From: Octopus bimaculoides | Taxonomy: Eukaryota | DNA length: 37,682 bases | Reading direction: 5' to 3' | Assembly (NCBI RefSeq): GCF_001194135.2 | Contig: NC_068981.1 | Coordinates: 139,817,420-139,855,101, forward strand | Part shown: positions 1 through 12,485 of the stretch, piece after piece | Position numbering within the stretch: the first letter of the stretch is position 1 | Layout of the letters: the number at the start of each line of letters is the position of its first letter | Translations under genes and position numbers: made by a program | The notes under the pieces: generated by a model | The model's database searches: none | Seen by the model: the letters and a program-made list of their open reading frames with translations, nothing else | Told to the model about the DNA's origin: nothing

Positions 1-32
<32 letters not shown>

Positions 33-35
<3 letters not shown>

Positions 36-205
36 TTTTATCCTTCTATTCGTTTCAGTCATTTGACTGCATCCATGATGCAGCATCACTTTTAAGTCAA
101 ACAAATCGATCCCAAGAGTTCCTCTTTGCAAGCGTAGTACTTATTTAATCGGATCTTTCCCGAACCGCTAATGTACGGGGACATAAACATACCAACATCG
201 GTCGT
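33..205 (-). mobile_element. 3' half of a microsatellite-bearing SINE family
   Basis: Reverse complement matches 9020-9223, including the terminal CAGTCAAATGACTG hairpin and A-rich tail. Adjoins (TG)/(CA) microsatellite. Confidence 0.7.
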
Positions 206-244
206 CAGGAAGGACAAACGCAGACATAGTATGTATATATATAA

Positions 245-311
245 CGTGTGTGTGTGTGTGTGTGCACGTGTGAGTGTACATATATATATACACATATATA
301 CAAACATCTCT

Positions 312-387
<76 letters not shown>
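245..387. repeat. (TG)n/(TA)n/(CA)n microsatellite running into an assembly gap
   Basis: Read directly from the sequence. Confidence 0.95.
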
Positions 388-1044
388 NNNNNNNNNNNNN
401 NNNNNNNNNNNNNNNNNNNNNNNNNNNNNNNNNNNNNNNNNNNNNNNNNNNNNNNNNNNNNNNNNNNNNNNNNNNNNNNNNNNNNNNNNNNNNNNNNNNN
501 NNNNNNNNNNNNNNNNNNNNNNNNNNNNNNNNNNNNNNNNNNNNNNNNNNNNNNNNNNNNNNNNNNNNNNNNNNNNNNNNNNNNNNNNNNNNNNNNNNNN
601 NNNNNNNNNNNNNNNNNNNNNNNNNNNNNNNNNNNNNNNNNNNNNNNNNNNNNNNNNNNNNNNNNNNNNNNNNNNNNNNNNNNNNNNNNNNNNNNNNNNN
701 NNNNNNNNNNNNNNNNNNNNNNNNNNNNNNNNNNNNNNNNNNNNNNNNNNNNNNNNNNNNNNNNNNNNNNNNNNNNNNNNNNNNNNNNNNNNNNNNNNNN
801 NNNNNNNNNNNNNNNNNNNNNNNNNNNNNNNNNNNNNNNNNNNNNNNNNNNNNNNNNNNNNNNNNNNNNNNNNNNNNNNNNNNNNNNNNNNNNNNNNNNN
901 NNNNNNNNNNNNNNNNNNNNNNNNNNNNNNNNNNNNNNNNNNNNNNNNNNNNNNNNNNNNNNNNNNNNNNNNNNNNNNNNNNNNNNNNNNNNNNNNNNNN
1001 NNNNNNNNNNNNNNNNNNNNNNNNNNNNNNNNNNNNNNNNNNNN
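388..1044. other. Assembly gap (N run). Other gaps: 8486-8987, 11207-11276, 16659-16789, 23150-23272, 24176-24626, 25733-26353
   Basis: N runs. All poly-X ORFs in the track are artefacts of these gaps. Confidence 1.
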
Positions 1045-1317
1045 CAAATGACTAGTTTTTCTTTATATTCATTTGCTTTCTAACATTAAGCTAGGAATAT
1101 TCATGCTGCATTCCCAGAAGGATATTATGTTCCTTTATTTAATTTAATAGGAATTTATTTTCATATCTCAGTCTTTGAACGTATTATACATATTTTGTAG
1201 GCGTTTGCTTGTTAAACTGATTCTGTCCTTATAACATTTCCATCACGTAGTTTAAGATAGGGTTGTGTATTTTCCTATAAATAACATACATACGTACATA
1301 CATACATACATACATAA

Positions 1318-1351
<34 letters not shown>

Positions 1352-1566
1352 CGAGGTGGTGCTGAAAATTTTCTGGCTTTAAGGGTATCACGAAAGGTCG
1401 GGCTCGAAGCCCAGCCTTCCCTGTTCTTTTACAGGGCTTAGAAAACTGAATGACCGATGCAATAACTGAGAATCTGAGAGGGAAATATATCGAATAAATT
1501 CATATTTAACTGATCCTCCTGTATTTTCTTATACTCAAAGTCAAGAACCTTTCGGCAATGACCTCT
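1352..1566 (+). mobile_element. Mariner-derived MITE (non-autonomous Tc1/mariner)
   Basis: TA at 1350-1351 and 1567-1568. Imperfect ~30-bp TIRs (CGAGGTGGTGCTGAAAATTTTCTGGCTTT ... AAAGTCAAGAACCTTTCGGCAATGACCTCT). Interior encodes GLRKLNDRCNN/NLRGKYIE*, resembling the mariner transposase C-terminus (KL..RW.KC....G.YVE*). Confidence 0.8.
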
Positions 1567-1662
1567 TATATATATATACATACGTACATATATACACTCA
1601 TACATACATCCATATATACATACACGCACACATGTATATATATATACATACATGATCACATC

Positions 1663-1695
<33 letters not shown>

Positions 1696-1699
1696 GGGA

Positions 1700-1905
1700 G
1701 AATGTACGAAAAAACAACAACAGACGAGGACAGGTGGTGTAAATAACAAAAGGATGTATTAGTATGACGCTCAGGAATACGGAAAGTCTTTGACGTTTCG
1801 AGCTACGCTCTTCAACAGAAAGAATACGGAGACAAGGAGAAAAATACGGAGAAGAAAAATTGAATAGTGTTCAGTCAACGGTCAATCATAATGGCTGACC
1901 GGAAG
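1700..1905 (-). repeat. Interspersed repeat with a hammerhead-like motif (possible Penelope pLTR derivative), copy 1
   Basis: Homologous to 3850-4030 (TGTATTAGTATGACGCTCAGGAA...TTTCGAGCTACGCTCTTCAACAGAAAG vs TGTATCAGTTTCACGCCCAGGAA...TCTCGAACCTACTCTCTTCGACAGAAAG). Abuts (TA)n. Confidence 0.55.
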
Positions 1906-1960
1906 TTATATATACACATATATAAAGACATAAAGACAGATATAAATGTATAGATATACA

Positions 1961-2006
<46 letters not shown>

Positions 2007-2091
2007 CATGTATACTTACACACACGCACACACACACATACACACGCACATATATATAAATATCTATGTATACAAACGTATATACATTTGT

Positions 2092-2335
2092 GGACGCACA
2101 TGGCTTAGTGGTCAGTGTGTTACACTTTCGATCGTAAGATTGTGGTTTCGATTCCTAGATCCCGCCATACATTGTGTCGGTGAGCAAATTACTTCGTTTC
2201 ACATTGCTACACCACTTAATTGGCAAAAATGTGTAATCCTGTAAGGGACTGGCATCTCGTCAAGCGGGATATATAAACGTCACACAATGCGGGAAACTGG
2301 CTTTATGAGCCTATGTCTAAGGAAGGACTTTTGAC
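2092..2335 (+). mobile_element. tRNA-derived CORE-type SINE
   Basis: A box TGGCTTAGTGG (2101-2111) and B box GGTTTCGATTCC (2144-2155), followed by CORE-like TTGTGTC..TGAGCAA...TTCACATTGCT. Homologous to the minus-strand copy at ~29055-29300. Confidence 0.75.
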
Positions 2336-2580
2336 CCTTTTTGACATATACATCATACATACATACATTTATACATACATACATATATACATACATACAT
2401 ACAATAATATCCAATTGTTGATGTTGAAATTCCAATGAGGTTGCCTTGGATCTCGATTAGAAACCGTTCCTTTCTCTATTGGCAAGACATCTAGAAATGG
2501 ACTGAAGAATAACACATAGGTACATTTATACATACATACAGAGGGACAGACAGACAAGCACACACATACACAAATACACA

Positions 2581-2625
<45 letters not shown>

Positions 2626-3519
2626 CCATGTGTATGTATGTATACAGGCCACCATGAGATTAAGTGTTCTATATGAAATTCGAACGCAATATCTGGATAG
2701 TGTCTGACCTGAAGAAAGTGCAATATTTGTTTTGTGTGTGATGATCCAATTAGAAACACTAATGTTTTTACGAGTGTCCTTTTCCTCACTTTCAGTGATC
2801 CTGTGCCTCTTTTTCTATCGAATGTCTTCTCTCCTCTATTCTTTCTGTTACCTACTCTCTTCATTTCTTTCCTTCTCTTCCCCTTAGACCTTTTTTTCCA
2901 AATCATCACTTCTCTTACTCTTCCCTCTTTATCTCTGTTCCACTTACCTTAAACTTATACTTATTGCTTCTCTTTCCTCTCCTTCACATGCGTGTATCAT
3001 TCTTCCAGTGTTCTGCTTGGTTATAACCAGATATGACCGACGAATGTAGCAATCATTTTCTAGGCCGTTCCCTTTTTCTCCACCGAACAATGGGTCGAGT
3101 AACCATATGAATAACGAACTAGAATAAAGAAAAATATGTAACGAACATTATTAATGCCTTGTCTTATATATGTGTGTATATATATATATTGATTGATTGA
3201 TTGGTTAGTTCTATTTTTGTATAAGAGAGAGTAGCAAGTGAAGAAGCGAGAAATATTTTGTTCCCCCAAAGCAGTATATTACACAGTGAAACCTAAATTT
3301 ATTTAATATTTCATTTAATATTCTATATCTGTTTCCACCAACATGCCTTCGAACTACTGTACTTTCTCGATGTAGGCCATCAAATAGAGAATTCATTACA
3401 TTATTAAGTATCCTATTAAAATTATTGTTTCCATTCTAAATTAAGCATTAAAGTAAGAGTGAGTCTGTAAGACAGAGTAAAAGCAAAGAGAAATACAAAT
3501 AATTTGAACTTTAAAAGGT

Positions 3520-3775
3520 TGCCTTCACCTTGGCAGTTCGGGAAGCGTGAATTGAGTAACATCAATATTGTTCCTATTGCATTTATATATATAACTCTTC
3601 GAAACGCCGGTGTTAAAACGGGGGTAGCTGATGAAGTAGAATGTTCTCTATGTGGCTTGTGTGTTTCTCGTCTACGTTTTGTTTGCAATGTCCTGTACCC
3701 AGATATGCACCTATACATACAGGTGGATGTCGGTATGCACATACCTGTACGTATATATGCATATACTCATTTACT
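3520..3775 (+). repeat. Interspersed repeat ending in a microsatellite (second copy at ~36700-36890)
   Basis: Shared TCGAAA...CTGATGAAG...GTCCTGTAC...(TA)n layout in both places. Confidence 0.45.
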
Positions 3776-3849
3776 ATTTGTTTATATATATATATATATA
3801 AATAAAGAAATTATAACATATTTAATATATGATTGAAATGAACAAAAAG

Positions 3850-4030
3850 AAAAAAACAAGACAGAGGCAGATGAAGGAACAACAGGTAAAGTGTATCAGT
3901 TTCACGCCCAGGAAAAATGGAAAAACATTTAACTTCTCGAACCTACTCTCTTCGACAGAAAGGAATGAGGAAAGAAAACGGAAATAGAAAAGTCGGAGAG
4001 AGAAAAATAAACCGGTCTGGATTGATGGTC
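3850..4030 (-). repeat. Interspersed repeat with a hammerhead-like motif, copy 2 (more diverged)
   Basis: Aligns by eye to 1700-1905. Confidence 0.5.
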
Positions 4031-5049
4031 CACATGTCGAATTGACTGTAAGGTTGTGGTTGAATGGAAGAGGAGATAACAGGGTTCTGTTTACTACTTT
4101 AGTGAAAAAAAAAAAAAAAGCAATAGCATGCAACGATAACAATTTAAATACATCATGATGGAGTGGAATGTAGAATAAACAAAAGAAATCACAATCATAA
4201 ATGATCATTCTGAAGCGAGATGATAGAACACCACAGTTTTGGTGCAGATGTTTAGCGATAGCCTTTTTGGTGATAAATTATTAGGCACTGAAAGCGCTCC
4301 TCGACACTCACAAGACATACACAAAAATACGCACAAAACACACATACCCACAAACACACACAAACACTCACACACACACTCACACACGCACTAACACACA
4401 CACATTCACACACGCACAGAAACAAACAAATGTATAGTAGCAGGAAGAGGGAAAGTTTTTGAGTGTGTGAGTAAAGGAGATAAAGACAAACAGAAATAAA
4501 ATGTACTGAAATTGAAATAGAATAGTTTTTATCTCCCTTTACATGACATAAATACACAGTGAAAGATTTTTTGTGAATATTTTTGTGATCTTTTTTTGAA
4601 TTTTTTCTGATCTTTTATTGAAAAATAGAAAATTGTAACTGTATATAAATTTTCATTTGGAAGTTGTGAGCATTATCTTGTTAGCCTCAACGGGGTTCAT
4701 GCCTATCTAATAGAAATAAGCTGTTACATTGAATAAAAGCAAACTTTTCTCGGCACTAAAATCGGTTACTGCTAAAGTGTGGATTTTGTGCAGAATCAGT
4801 GGTACCAAAATCAGTAGCGCTAAATTGCTCGTACTGAATCCTCCGCAATCTTTGGAATTCAATGTTCTCATGCGTCTATTTCATCATTAGGTTCCATAAA
4901 CATTCAAAGAAATAGCTAAAACCGAGAAAAAAAGCTAAGAACACACACACGTATATATATGTATATTTATATATTTTCCCGTGTGTATGTATGTATGTAT
5001 GTATGTATGTGAGTATGCATATATATATACATGTATATATATGTATGTA

Positions 5050-5083
<34 letters not shown>

Positions 5084-6639
5084 ACATTTACGTACACATA
5101 TAACAACTCTCACACACACGCACATATATATGTATAGGTATGTATAAATAGATATAGAGATAGAGCGACAGCAGAGAAGAGTTGTAGCTAACACATATTT
5201 TATAAAATATCATAGATGTAAAACCCCTTAATTGGGGAAGCAGCTGAGGAAGTCCAAAAAACACCCACAAAATACTCATTGTCCATTTGACGAGAGACAA
5301 ACAGAATTCATAAATGTGAAGTTTTCAAAGTTGTCTTATGTGTCAGATGCAGTCATAAGATTTTATGATCTTGTGGACAATAGTTAGAGCTCAGAATTTC
5401 ATGACGCATGACTTAAGATGTCTTCAATTCGAATACATGGTAACTACTATTCTGTATTGTATTGATAAGTTAAGCAGATAACAGCCTTAATTGTATCGCA
5501 ATCTTAATTTTTATTTTTACAAAATCTCTATGAAATATACAAAAAATAAGTATTATTGCCAGATAAATTATAATAGTATATGCACAAAATCATTCTTTGG
5601 TGTGACGTTTGGATATATTACTGTAAGGTAGTATAATGTATAATAACCAATTTGCTTCAGTGCAGTATGTTTTCTTGTGGAACTTATTCTGATTTCGCTA
5701 GATGAAAGTATTGACAATGAAATAGCCTTCTTATCGGCAAAAAGTAGCCACGGTCTAATCACTAGACAGACCCCTATCGAATTATTCAACTATGATATAT
5801 TGCAAGTAAACAGTGGATCTCAAATTGCAAAGTTGATGAAATATTCCCATATTTTATGAAATGTTCCTATAATTCATTTTCTCTAAAAGTCAAACATTAA
5901 GTTTCTACAAATACCTTTTACATTTGGAAATGTTATTTAGAAATGAAATATAGTTTAGTTTGTGATATTACATATTAATAGACTGGTGCACAGATGCTGA
6001 GAGTCGAAAGAACAGGAGTTCAAATATCGCAGAAAGTACATCGTTTAATATAAGATGGATATAAATAATGTCAAATGTTTTTAGATACTACCTCCTTGCA
6101 AAATGTAATTCACGGAATTCCCATCAGTTCGGAGTAGTGTTTGTCAGCTGTACTTGTAATTTCAACGAAGGGACAACATGGATTGCATTATCAAACCTTT
6201 TAAAACCGTATCGAACATTCATCATTTGAAAGGTAATAGTTTGTCATAGTTTAAGTCACTATAGGATATACGTAAACACTTATAACATTATTGTTAATGC
6301 ATTTCTTGCGTTTTTCAGCTAATCATAGCCTTCACTCTTTCGCCTTTTATCCAGCCATCAATCTGCCAAATTTAATAAGTTGATCTCGATTCAAACAGAG
6401 TATTGGGAAGACTGATCATGTCACTTTTGATTAAATAGACATCCATGTAGTTTAAGCAGTTGCGTGTGTGCATCAACAGAATAACTAAATGCATCCAGCA
6501 ACATACTTGCTTCGCCATAGTTTTATTGCAAGCAGGTATTGGCAACTGTCCATTTTCACGAGTCAGCGCATGCATGTCTTTTATTCACATAAATATTCGA
6601 CAATGGTGAATTCTCTCTCTACTTAGATAAACTTACACT

Positions 6640-6671
<32 letters not shown>

Positions 6672-6675
6672 CATA

Positions 6676-6726
<51 letters not shown>

Positions 6727-7039
6727 AGGTGTGTATATATGCATGTATATTATTATATATAATTATGTACATATGCTCTACCTACGCTGATACACGCCAA
6801 AATGTACGTATATATTTCATACATACACGCTCGTGTAAATATATATTGTGGGGAAGTGAAATGGTGCTTCAACCGAAGCAAAGAAAAACAACGAAGACCA
6901 AAAAGAGAAAACATACGTCTAGTTGTTATTTATTGTGAATTAATGCATTAATTATGATTTGTTAATGTGTTTTAATAACGGAACTTTTTTTTTCAATACG
7001 TTCTTACAACTGGTTTCCTTACTTTCCGACGATACACTA

Positions 7040-7830
7040 GTGGCCAGAGTCTTCTGGGAGTTAGTGATAGGTATGTCCACATTACTAATGGGATCATATG
7101 CCATATCAAAATCCAAGGCTTTTAGGCCTTTAGGAGTAAAGGTTTTGTTATCAACGAATACAAATCTACAACATCAAAGTGAGTAAATCGATAGTATTGT
7201 TTATCGCTTAAACTCTTAAACCACTTTCTCACACCCATGCTATTGTCCCATAGAGGGGAGTTCTATAATATTTCCACACCCAGTTAAGAAGAAATCTATT
7301 TTTTTTCATTAATTTTACCTATTTCGGTTTTAACCGGGTTTATATGCTTATACTTGGGGCGGTCCCTAAAGTTAATTTTCTTGGTTTTATGTGTAATAAA
7401 AGCTTTGAACATAGGAAAGTAATCTAGTCTATCACTAACATTTAGGCTGGTTGCAATACATTTGGCTGATAGCTTCTCCTGGTTGTATAACAGTTGGTCC
7501 ATCTTACACATATTACTAACAACGTTAAAATGGATGCTGTTATATATGTAGTCTCCCGTCAACAGCTTAAATTTCATGGTTGTCAGCTGGTATTAATATT
7601 TTACCAGGATTTTGCACAAGATCGAAACTTTCTTTGAGATACATTTAGAAGTTGCTGTTCATTTAGCAGAATTTTAATTTCCTTATTAGGATAAATAGAT
7701 CCCTATCAAAGGCTACTGGGTCCATAAATGCTGGATGGTAGTTCGTAGATTTAAATCCAATCTGCTGCTTTCTCTATCAAGTTCTTTATTGTTTATTCGA
7801 TGGGATGAGATTAAATATTCTGCAAATTTG
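7040..7830 (-). pseudogene. Decayed Penelope-like element, N-terminal and RT region
   Basis: Minus-strand frames give IGFKSTNYHPAFMDPVAFDRDLFILIRKLKF, KILIPAD, AKCIATSLNVSDRLD...KAFITHK...INPVKTEIGKI and WDNSMGVRKWFKSL...RFTHFDVVDLYSLITKPLL. These match recalled PLE RT motifs (GFKS..P...FE.DL, PADK, AFIT.KDHK..INP.K.EIGKIS, W.N...V..WF...FD(I/V)..FYPSI). Several stops and frameshifts. Confidence 0.75.
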
Positions 7831-8995
7831 TTTTCAGCTGTAGATCTCTTCCTCTTGTAGAATAGCGCACGAACCTGTCAAATGAGCGATGTACACGCAT
7901 GGAGCACATAAATAGAAAACGAGGTGATGAAAACAAAACTCGAATACCGGAGGTTGAGTAATATAGTTTTTTTTTTTTTGAGCTGAAAAGACTTCATAAC
8001 GATTACTCAGACTTTACAATTAACCTACAATCATACGGTCATGATTAATTAGAAAAATGCAATGATTTGTAAATATTTGTAAGAAGTGAAGAGGAAATTG
8101 TTTAGCAGCTCATCAAATAAAGCTGATTGATCAGGATATTATTACTATTATTATTTGTCGGATGAAATTCTGTTGACCGGAAAGGGGAAAAAGAAAACGT
8201 AAATATTACAAGCAAGTTAGAACTAAATTAAAAGCTGAAAAATATACCTCGTATATAGACGCGGAAATATGTAAAGTAAATATAACGAAGAAGAAAGGTC
8301 CTTTTAGATACCAAGTATATAACAAAACAGCCATGCTGACTGTGGTATTCGTTATGAAGCCCAGTACGTCCATAAAAGATATTATCTTCGAAAGAATACA
8401 GCACCTACTTTGGCTTTCGTGATATGTCAACATTAACTATGATGCAGTACTGGCTAATACATACATATATATATATATATATATANNNNNNNNNNNNNNN
8501 NNNNNNNNNNNNNNNNNNNNNNNNNNNNNNNNNNNNNNNNNNNNNNNNNNNNNNNNNNNNNNNNNNNNNNNNNNNNNNNNNNNNNNNNNNNNNNNNNNNN
8601 NNNNNNNNNNNNNNNNNNNNNNNNNNNNNNNNNNNNNNNNNNNNNNNNNNNNNNNNNNNNNNNNNNNNNNNNNNNNNNNNNNNNNNNNNNNNNNNNNNNN
8701 NNNNNNNNNNNNNNNNNNNNNNNNNNNNNNNNNNNNNNNNNNNNNNNNNNNNNNNNNNNNNNNNNNNNNNNNNNNNNNNNNNNNNNNNNNNNNNNNNNNN
8801 NNNNNNNNNNNNNNNNNNNNNNNNNNNNNNNNNNNNNNNNNNNNNNNNNNNNNNNNNNNNNNNNNNNNNNNNNNNNNNNNNNNNNNNNNNNNNNNNNNNN
8901 NNNNNNNNNNNNNNNNNNNNNNNNNNNNNNNNNNNNNNNNNNNNNNNNNNNNNNNNNNNNNNNNNNNNNNNNNNNNNNNNNNNNNNNTATATATA

Positions 8996-9019
<24 letters not shown>

Positions 9020-9026
<7 letters not shown>

Positions 9027-9223
9027 TTATGTATCGGTTTTGCTCCCCACCCTCATCGCTTCACAACCGATGCTGGTGTGTTTACGTTCCCGTAACTTAG
9101 TGGTTTGGCAGAATAAGTACTAGGCTTACAAAGAATAATTCCTGAAGTCGATATGTTCGACTAAGGGCAGCGCTCCAGCATGGCCACAGTCAAATGACTG
9201 AAATAAATAAAAGAATAAACGAA
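9020..9223 (+). mobile_element. 3' half of a microsatellite-bearing SINE family
   Basis: (TATG)n, then ACAACCGATGCTGGTGTGTTTACGT...GCTCCAGCATGGCCACAGTCAAATGACTGAAA and an A-rich tail. Related copies at 33-205, 12270-12485 and 30025-30220. Confidence 0.7.
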
Positions 9224-9386
9224 TATATATATATATTCTGATTCTTAAGCAAGACGCGTTATCGCCCTTAGATCGATCTGGACAGCAACTTCTTACGGCC
9301 CTAATCGACGAACAGGGAATCTCCGCCCTCCGGTTGGTTCCAGTCTGCGACTGCTATTTATGGACCTAATCAACGAGCAAGGAATC

Positions 9387-9750
9387 TCACGCCTGCAGCA
9401 GGTAACGTTTAAAATGCGGATAAAGGTTATAAATCTCTTTTCTGGAGGTTAAAAATGTCTCCGTGTCAAACGAGTCTTTTAGAATCCTTGCCAACTCTGC
9501 TATGCAAAGCTTTCACTGCCCGACCTCGTTTATATATGATCCCGGTTGCTCTAGGAGCCTGTCTGTAATTGTGTATGGAGTTCCTTCATCCTTAAAGCGC
9601 TACATGTGGTTGGTCAGAGACGTGACGTAACGTCTTTCCGGAATCTTAAAAGAGGACGTATGATTGTACAGGCGTCGCTTAAGGGCAGTTCCAACGAACT
9701 GATGTGTTTCTGTACTTGAGTGTTGATTGTGTTATCGCCTCTCTGTATGT
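9387..9750 (-). pseudogene. Penelope-like element GIY-YIG endonuclease C-terminus (decayed)
   Basis: Minus-strand frame LKRRLYNHTSSFKIPERRYVTSLTNHM*RFKDEGTPYTITDRLLE...*KLCIAELARIL...LTSRKEIYNLYPHFKRYLLQA* matches the recalled PLE endonuclease pattern FK.RY.NH..SF....T.LS..IW.LK......I.W.IL...C.LCL.EK..I...LN.R.E....C.H...LL. Confidence 0.75.
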
Positions 9751-10840
9751 ATGTATGCATGTGTTTATGTTTGTATGCTGGAAGTGAGAACGATTAGCCG
9801 CATAAATCGTGCGCCAGTCCTGACTGTGTCACAAGTGTGTGTAATGTTTTTTTTCGAACCAGCTATAGTTTGCAGACAAAAAGACGATTCATGAGTGGAA
9901 CGTCCGAGACAGTAATAATTGTTAGGTGATTTACATTGTAAAATGAAATCCTCTTACAACATCATATATGAAGGAATTCTCATTCGCCATTAATGTGTGT
10001 AAAATCTCACAAATTTTTGTATATGTTTACGAATGCTTTTAGCTTCATTGTGTGTTTATTACCTTGGTATTTCTGATAATAGCTTCATCTTCATCAGACT
10101 TTTGCTATTACCTTCAGCAAAATATAATCTGCATCGAACATTTACTACATTACACTGCAATTTTTCATATTAATAAAAATGGTACAACAGTGCTTCAGCC
10201 ATTATTATATACTAAGACTGATTGAACAAAAAAAGAACTATAAAGAATAAAAATGATAATAATGAAAAGTTCTATTTCTGACATTTAATGCCTAAAATTT
10301 TATCAATCTACAAGCAATGAACTCGATGTCTATTGTATGGATCGAAAAAAATTAATCGATATAATTTGGTATCTAGTCCTATGTTCATTTTATGGAGTCG
10401 AGTTTGTTTCAAAGAATGACTTTTAGCCTACCATTAGAACATTTATTCCTACCGTATATCAATGTTGTTTTCTGCTTCAATATTGTTTTTTTTCTTGCTC
10501 TGTTTTCTGTTTTACAATTATCTGTTAATCAATAATCTACAGAGTTTATCCTCCAAACACGTGATTTTTGTATTTTACAAGTAAAATTGAAGTAATGCAG
10601 ATGGTACGCGGGTTATTCAGATTTTTTCTTCAATGTTCGTGATGTACTAACTGATGTAGGATCTAAAAGATTATAGATTAATTTGGTTAATAATAACTAA
10701 ACTTGGTTAATAATAACTAAATATTTTTTTATTTAAACCTAGTGTACTTCTTTTTTTCTCAGTTGAGTTAAATATTTGAAAGAAAATATCTTATAATTAT
10801 TCAAATAGAAAAAAAAAACCCGTATAAAACCCTAAATTAT

Positions 10841-10972
10841 TTGTCTGCCTGCCTGACTGAAGGTCTGCTTGTCTGCCTGCCTGACTGGAGGTCTGCTTGT
10901 CTGCCTAGCTGACTTCTTCTCTGGTTGCATGTCTCTCGGTTTGCTTGCCTGTCTGTCTGTCTGTCCGTCCAC

Positions 10973-11035
<63 letters not shown>
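10841..11035. repeat. 28-bp tandem repeat (~2.6 copies, 10841-10914) followed by (CTGT)n and (CTAT)n
   Basis: TTGTCTGCCTGCCTGACTG(A/G)AGGTCTGC at 10841 and 10869, with a partial copy at 10897. Confidence 0.9.
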
Positions 11036-11036
<1 letters not shown>

Positions 11037-11070
11037 AAATGGATGTGCGTGTTTCTACACACGGACACAG

Positions 11071-11104
<34 letters not shown>

Positions 11105-11276
11105 GTATGTATATACTTACACATACATACATATAGATGTGTAATTCTGAGTATATGTGTATATATGTGTGTATATATGTGTGTATATATATGTATGTAT
11201 ATATATNNNNNNNNNNNNNNNNNNNNNNNNNNNNNNNNNNNNNNNNNNNNNNNNNNNNNNNNNNNNNNNNNNNNNN

Positions 11277-11310
<34 letters not shown>

Positions 11311-11932
11311 GTATGTATCTATGTATGTATGTATGTATGTATATATATATTCATCCACACATAGTTGCAGAATGACATTAAGCAATAATTCAAAGAATGT
11401 AGTTCGGCTTTACCTTCACAACGTTATTTTTTAAATCTCTGTTTTAAACTCATTATCAGAAAGCACATTTCGCGTCCAGACAGTTTTCTATTACAATTGT
11501 TATGTATTATTTGAAATTTTCTGACATTTTTTGCAATAAAAAAAAAGAAACAATCGAGTCTTAAGATAAAGTAAAATATCTAATATTTCTTTTTATAACT
11601 TCGTCTTTTTTGGTGTCATTAAACCTCTGTAGGACATGAATATACTGTTTCGTTTTAGATCTGTTCGAAATACATTTATTATTTAAAATAATATCTAACC
11701 GGCTGTCACATAATTTCAAAGTAAGATATTTCTTTGAGTGTTTTCCCCATTTAAAATATTGTAGACGCAAAGAGACTACTTTTGGTACGTTATAACATTT
11801 ATCATAACTATTCAACATCTATAGAATTGTCTAGAGGATGAGCACTAACTGCATGTCCTGTTTTCAGTGCTACACACATTATAAATTATCTGTAAACGTC
11901 TTTGTAATGAACCAGATGTGTATAACGGTACC

Positions 11933-12165
11933 CTACTTAACTACTTACTTAAGCCCTCGCTCCTCTGGCAGTATAAGCCAGCAACGACACTTCTCCACTA
12001 TTCTCGATTCTTGACTGTCCTTTTTGCTTCTTTCCAGTTTGAACTCTGGCTTTTCAGCTTCGCGTCAATATTTTAGGCTGTCCCTATCTTTTGTCTTTCT
12101 TGTAGCTTCCACGTCAGAGCCTGACGTGCCATATGTTTTCCAGAGGAATAGCCTTTCTCTCCCAG
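11933..12165 (-). mobile_element. RTE-clade LINE 3' fragment with (AAGT)n tail
   Basis: Minus strand encodes MARQALTWKLQERQKIG / NWKEAKRTVKNRE*WRSVVAGLYCQ, resembling the RTE C-terminus (RQALTW.P.G.R..GRP...W..A..R..WR..V..L). Ends in a short tandem tail. Confidence 0.75.
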
Positions 12166-12269
12166 GTCTTTAGGATTTTGAATTGTTATCGATTCTTCTG
12201 AAACACTACTTTTTCCTAGCTAGGATAGTTGGTCCTCCGCGAGTGCTTCCTACTATACCCCAGGCCGCC

Positions 12270-12485
12270 CAAAGCCTTGTGAGTCGACTTCGTCATATAT
12301 ATATATGCGTGTGTTTGTAAATATATGTGTATCTTTGTATCTGTGTTTCATTTCTATCAACCTCTTGACAGTCTGTGTTGGTTTTTTTACGTCCCCATAA
12401 TCAGCAGTTCGGCAAATATGCCTATAAAAATCGGCCCCAGCATGGCTGAATTCCATTCACTGACAAGTAAGAGATAAAAGGTAAA
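12270..12485 (+). mobile_element. Older copy of the microsatellite-bearing SINE family
   Basis: CAAAGCCTTGTGAGT, then (TA)/(TG) tract, TTTACGTCCCCATAA...GTTCGGCAAA...CCCAGCATGGC and an A-rich end. Confidence 0.55.

Noticed and set aside
92-1083. Long ORFs such as MCVCVCV..., HTHTHT... and poly-X (also near 8.4, 11.1, 16.4 and 29.2 kb)
   Set aside because: They are translations of dinucleotide microsatellites and N-gaps.
3598-3640. GAAAC...CTGATGA order (also ~36743-36782) as a type II hammerhead
   Set aside because: I could not form stems I-III or find a paired NUH cleavage site.
4750-4830. Imperfect ~50-bp-spaced repeat (CACTAAAATCGGTTACTGCTAAAG / TACCAAAATCAGTAGCGCTAAAT) as a MITE end
   Set aside because: No matching opposite terminus or TSD was found.
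5677-5859. 60-aa plus-strand ORF with a possible acceptor
   Set aside because: Weak splice signals and no homology recognised.
9300-9388. Tandem motif after the PLE stop codon as decayed hammerheads
   Set aside because: Both copies deviate at core positions (GATTA rather than GATGA, RTAA rather than GAAA).
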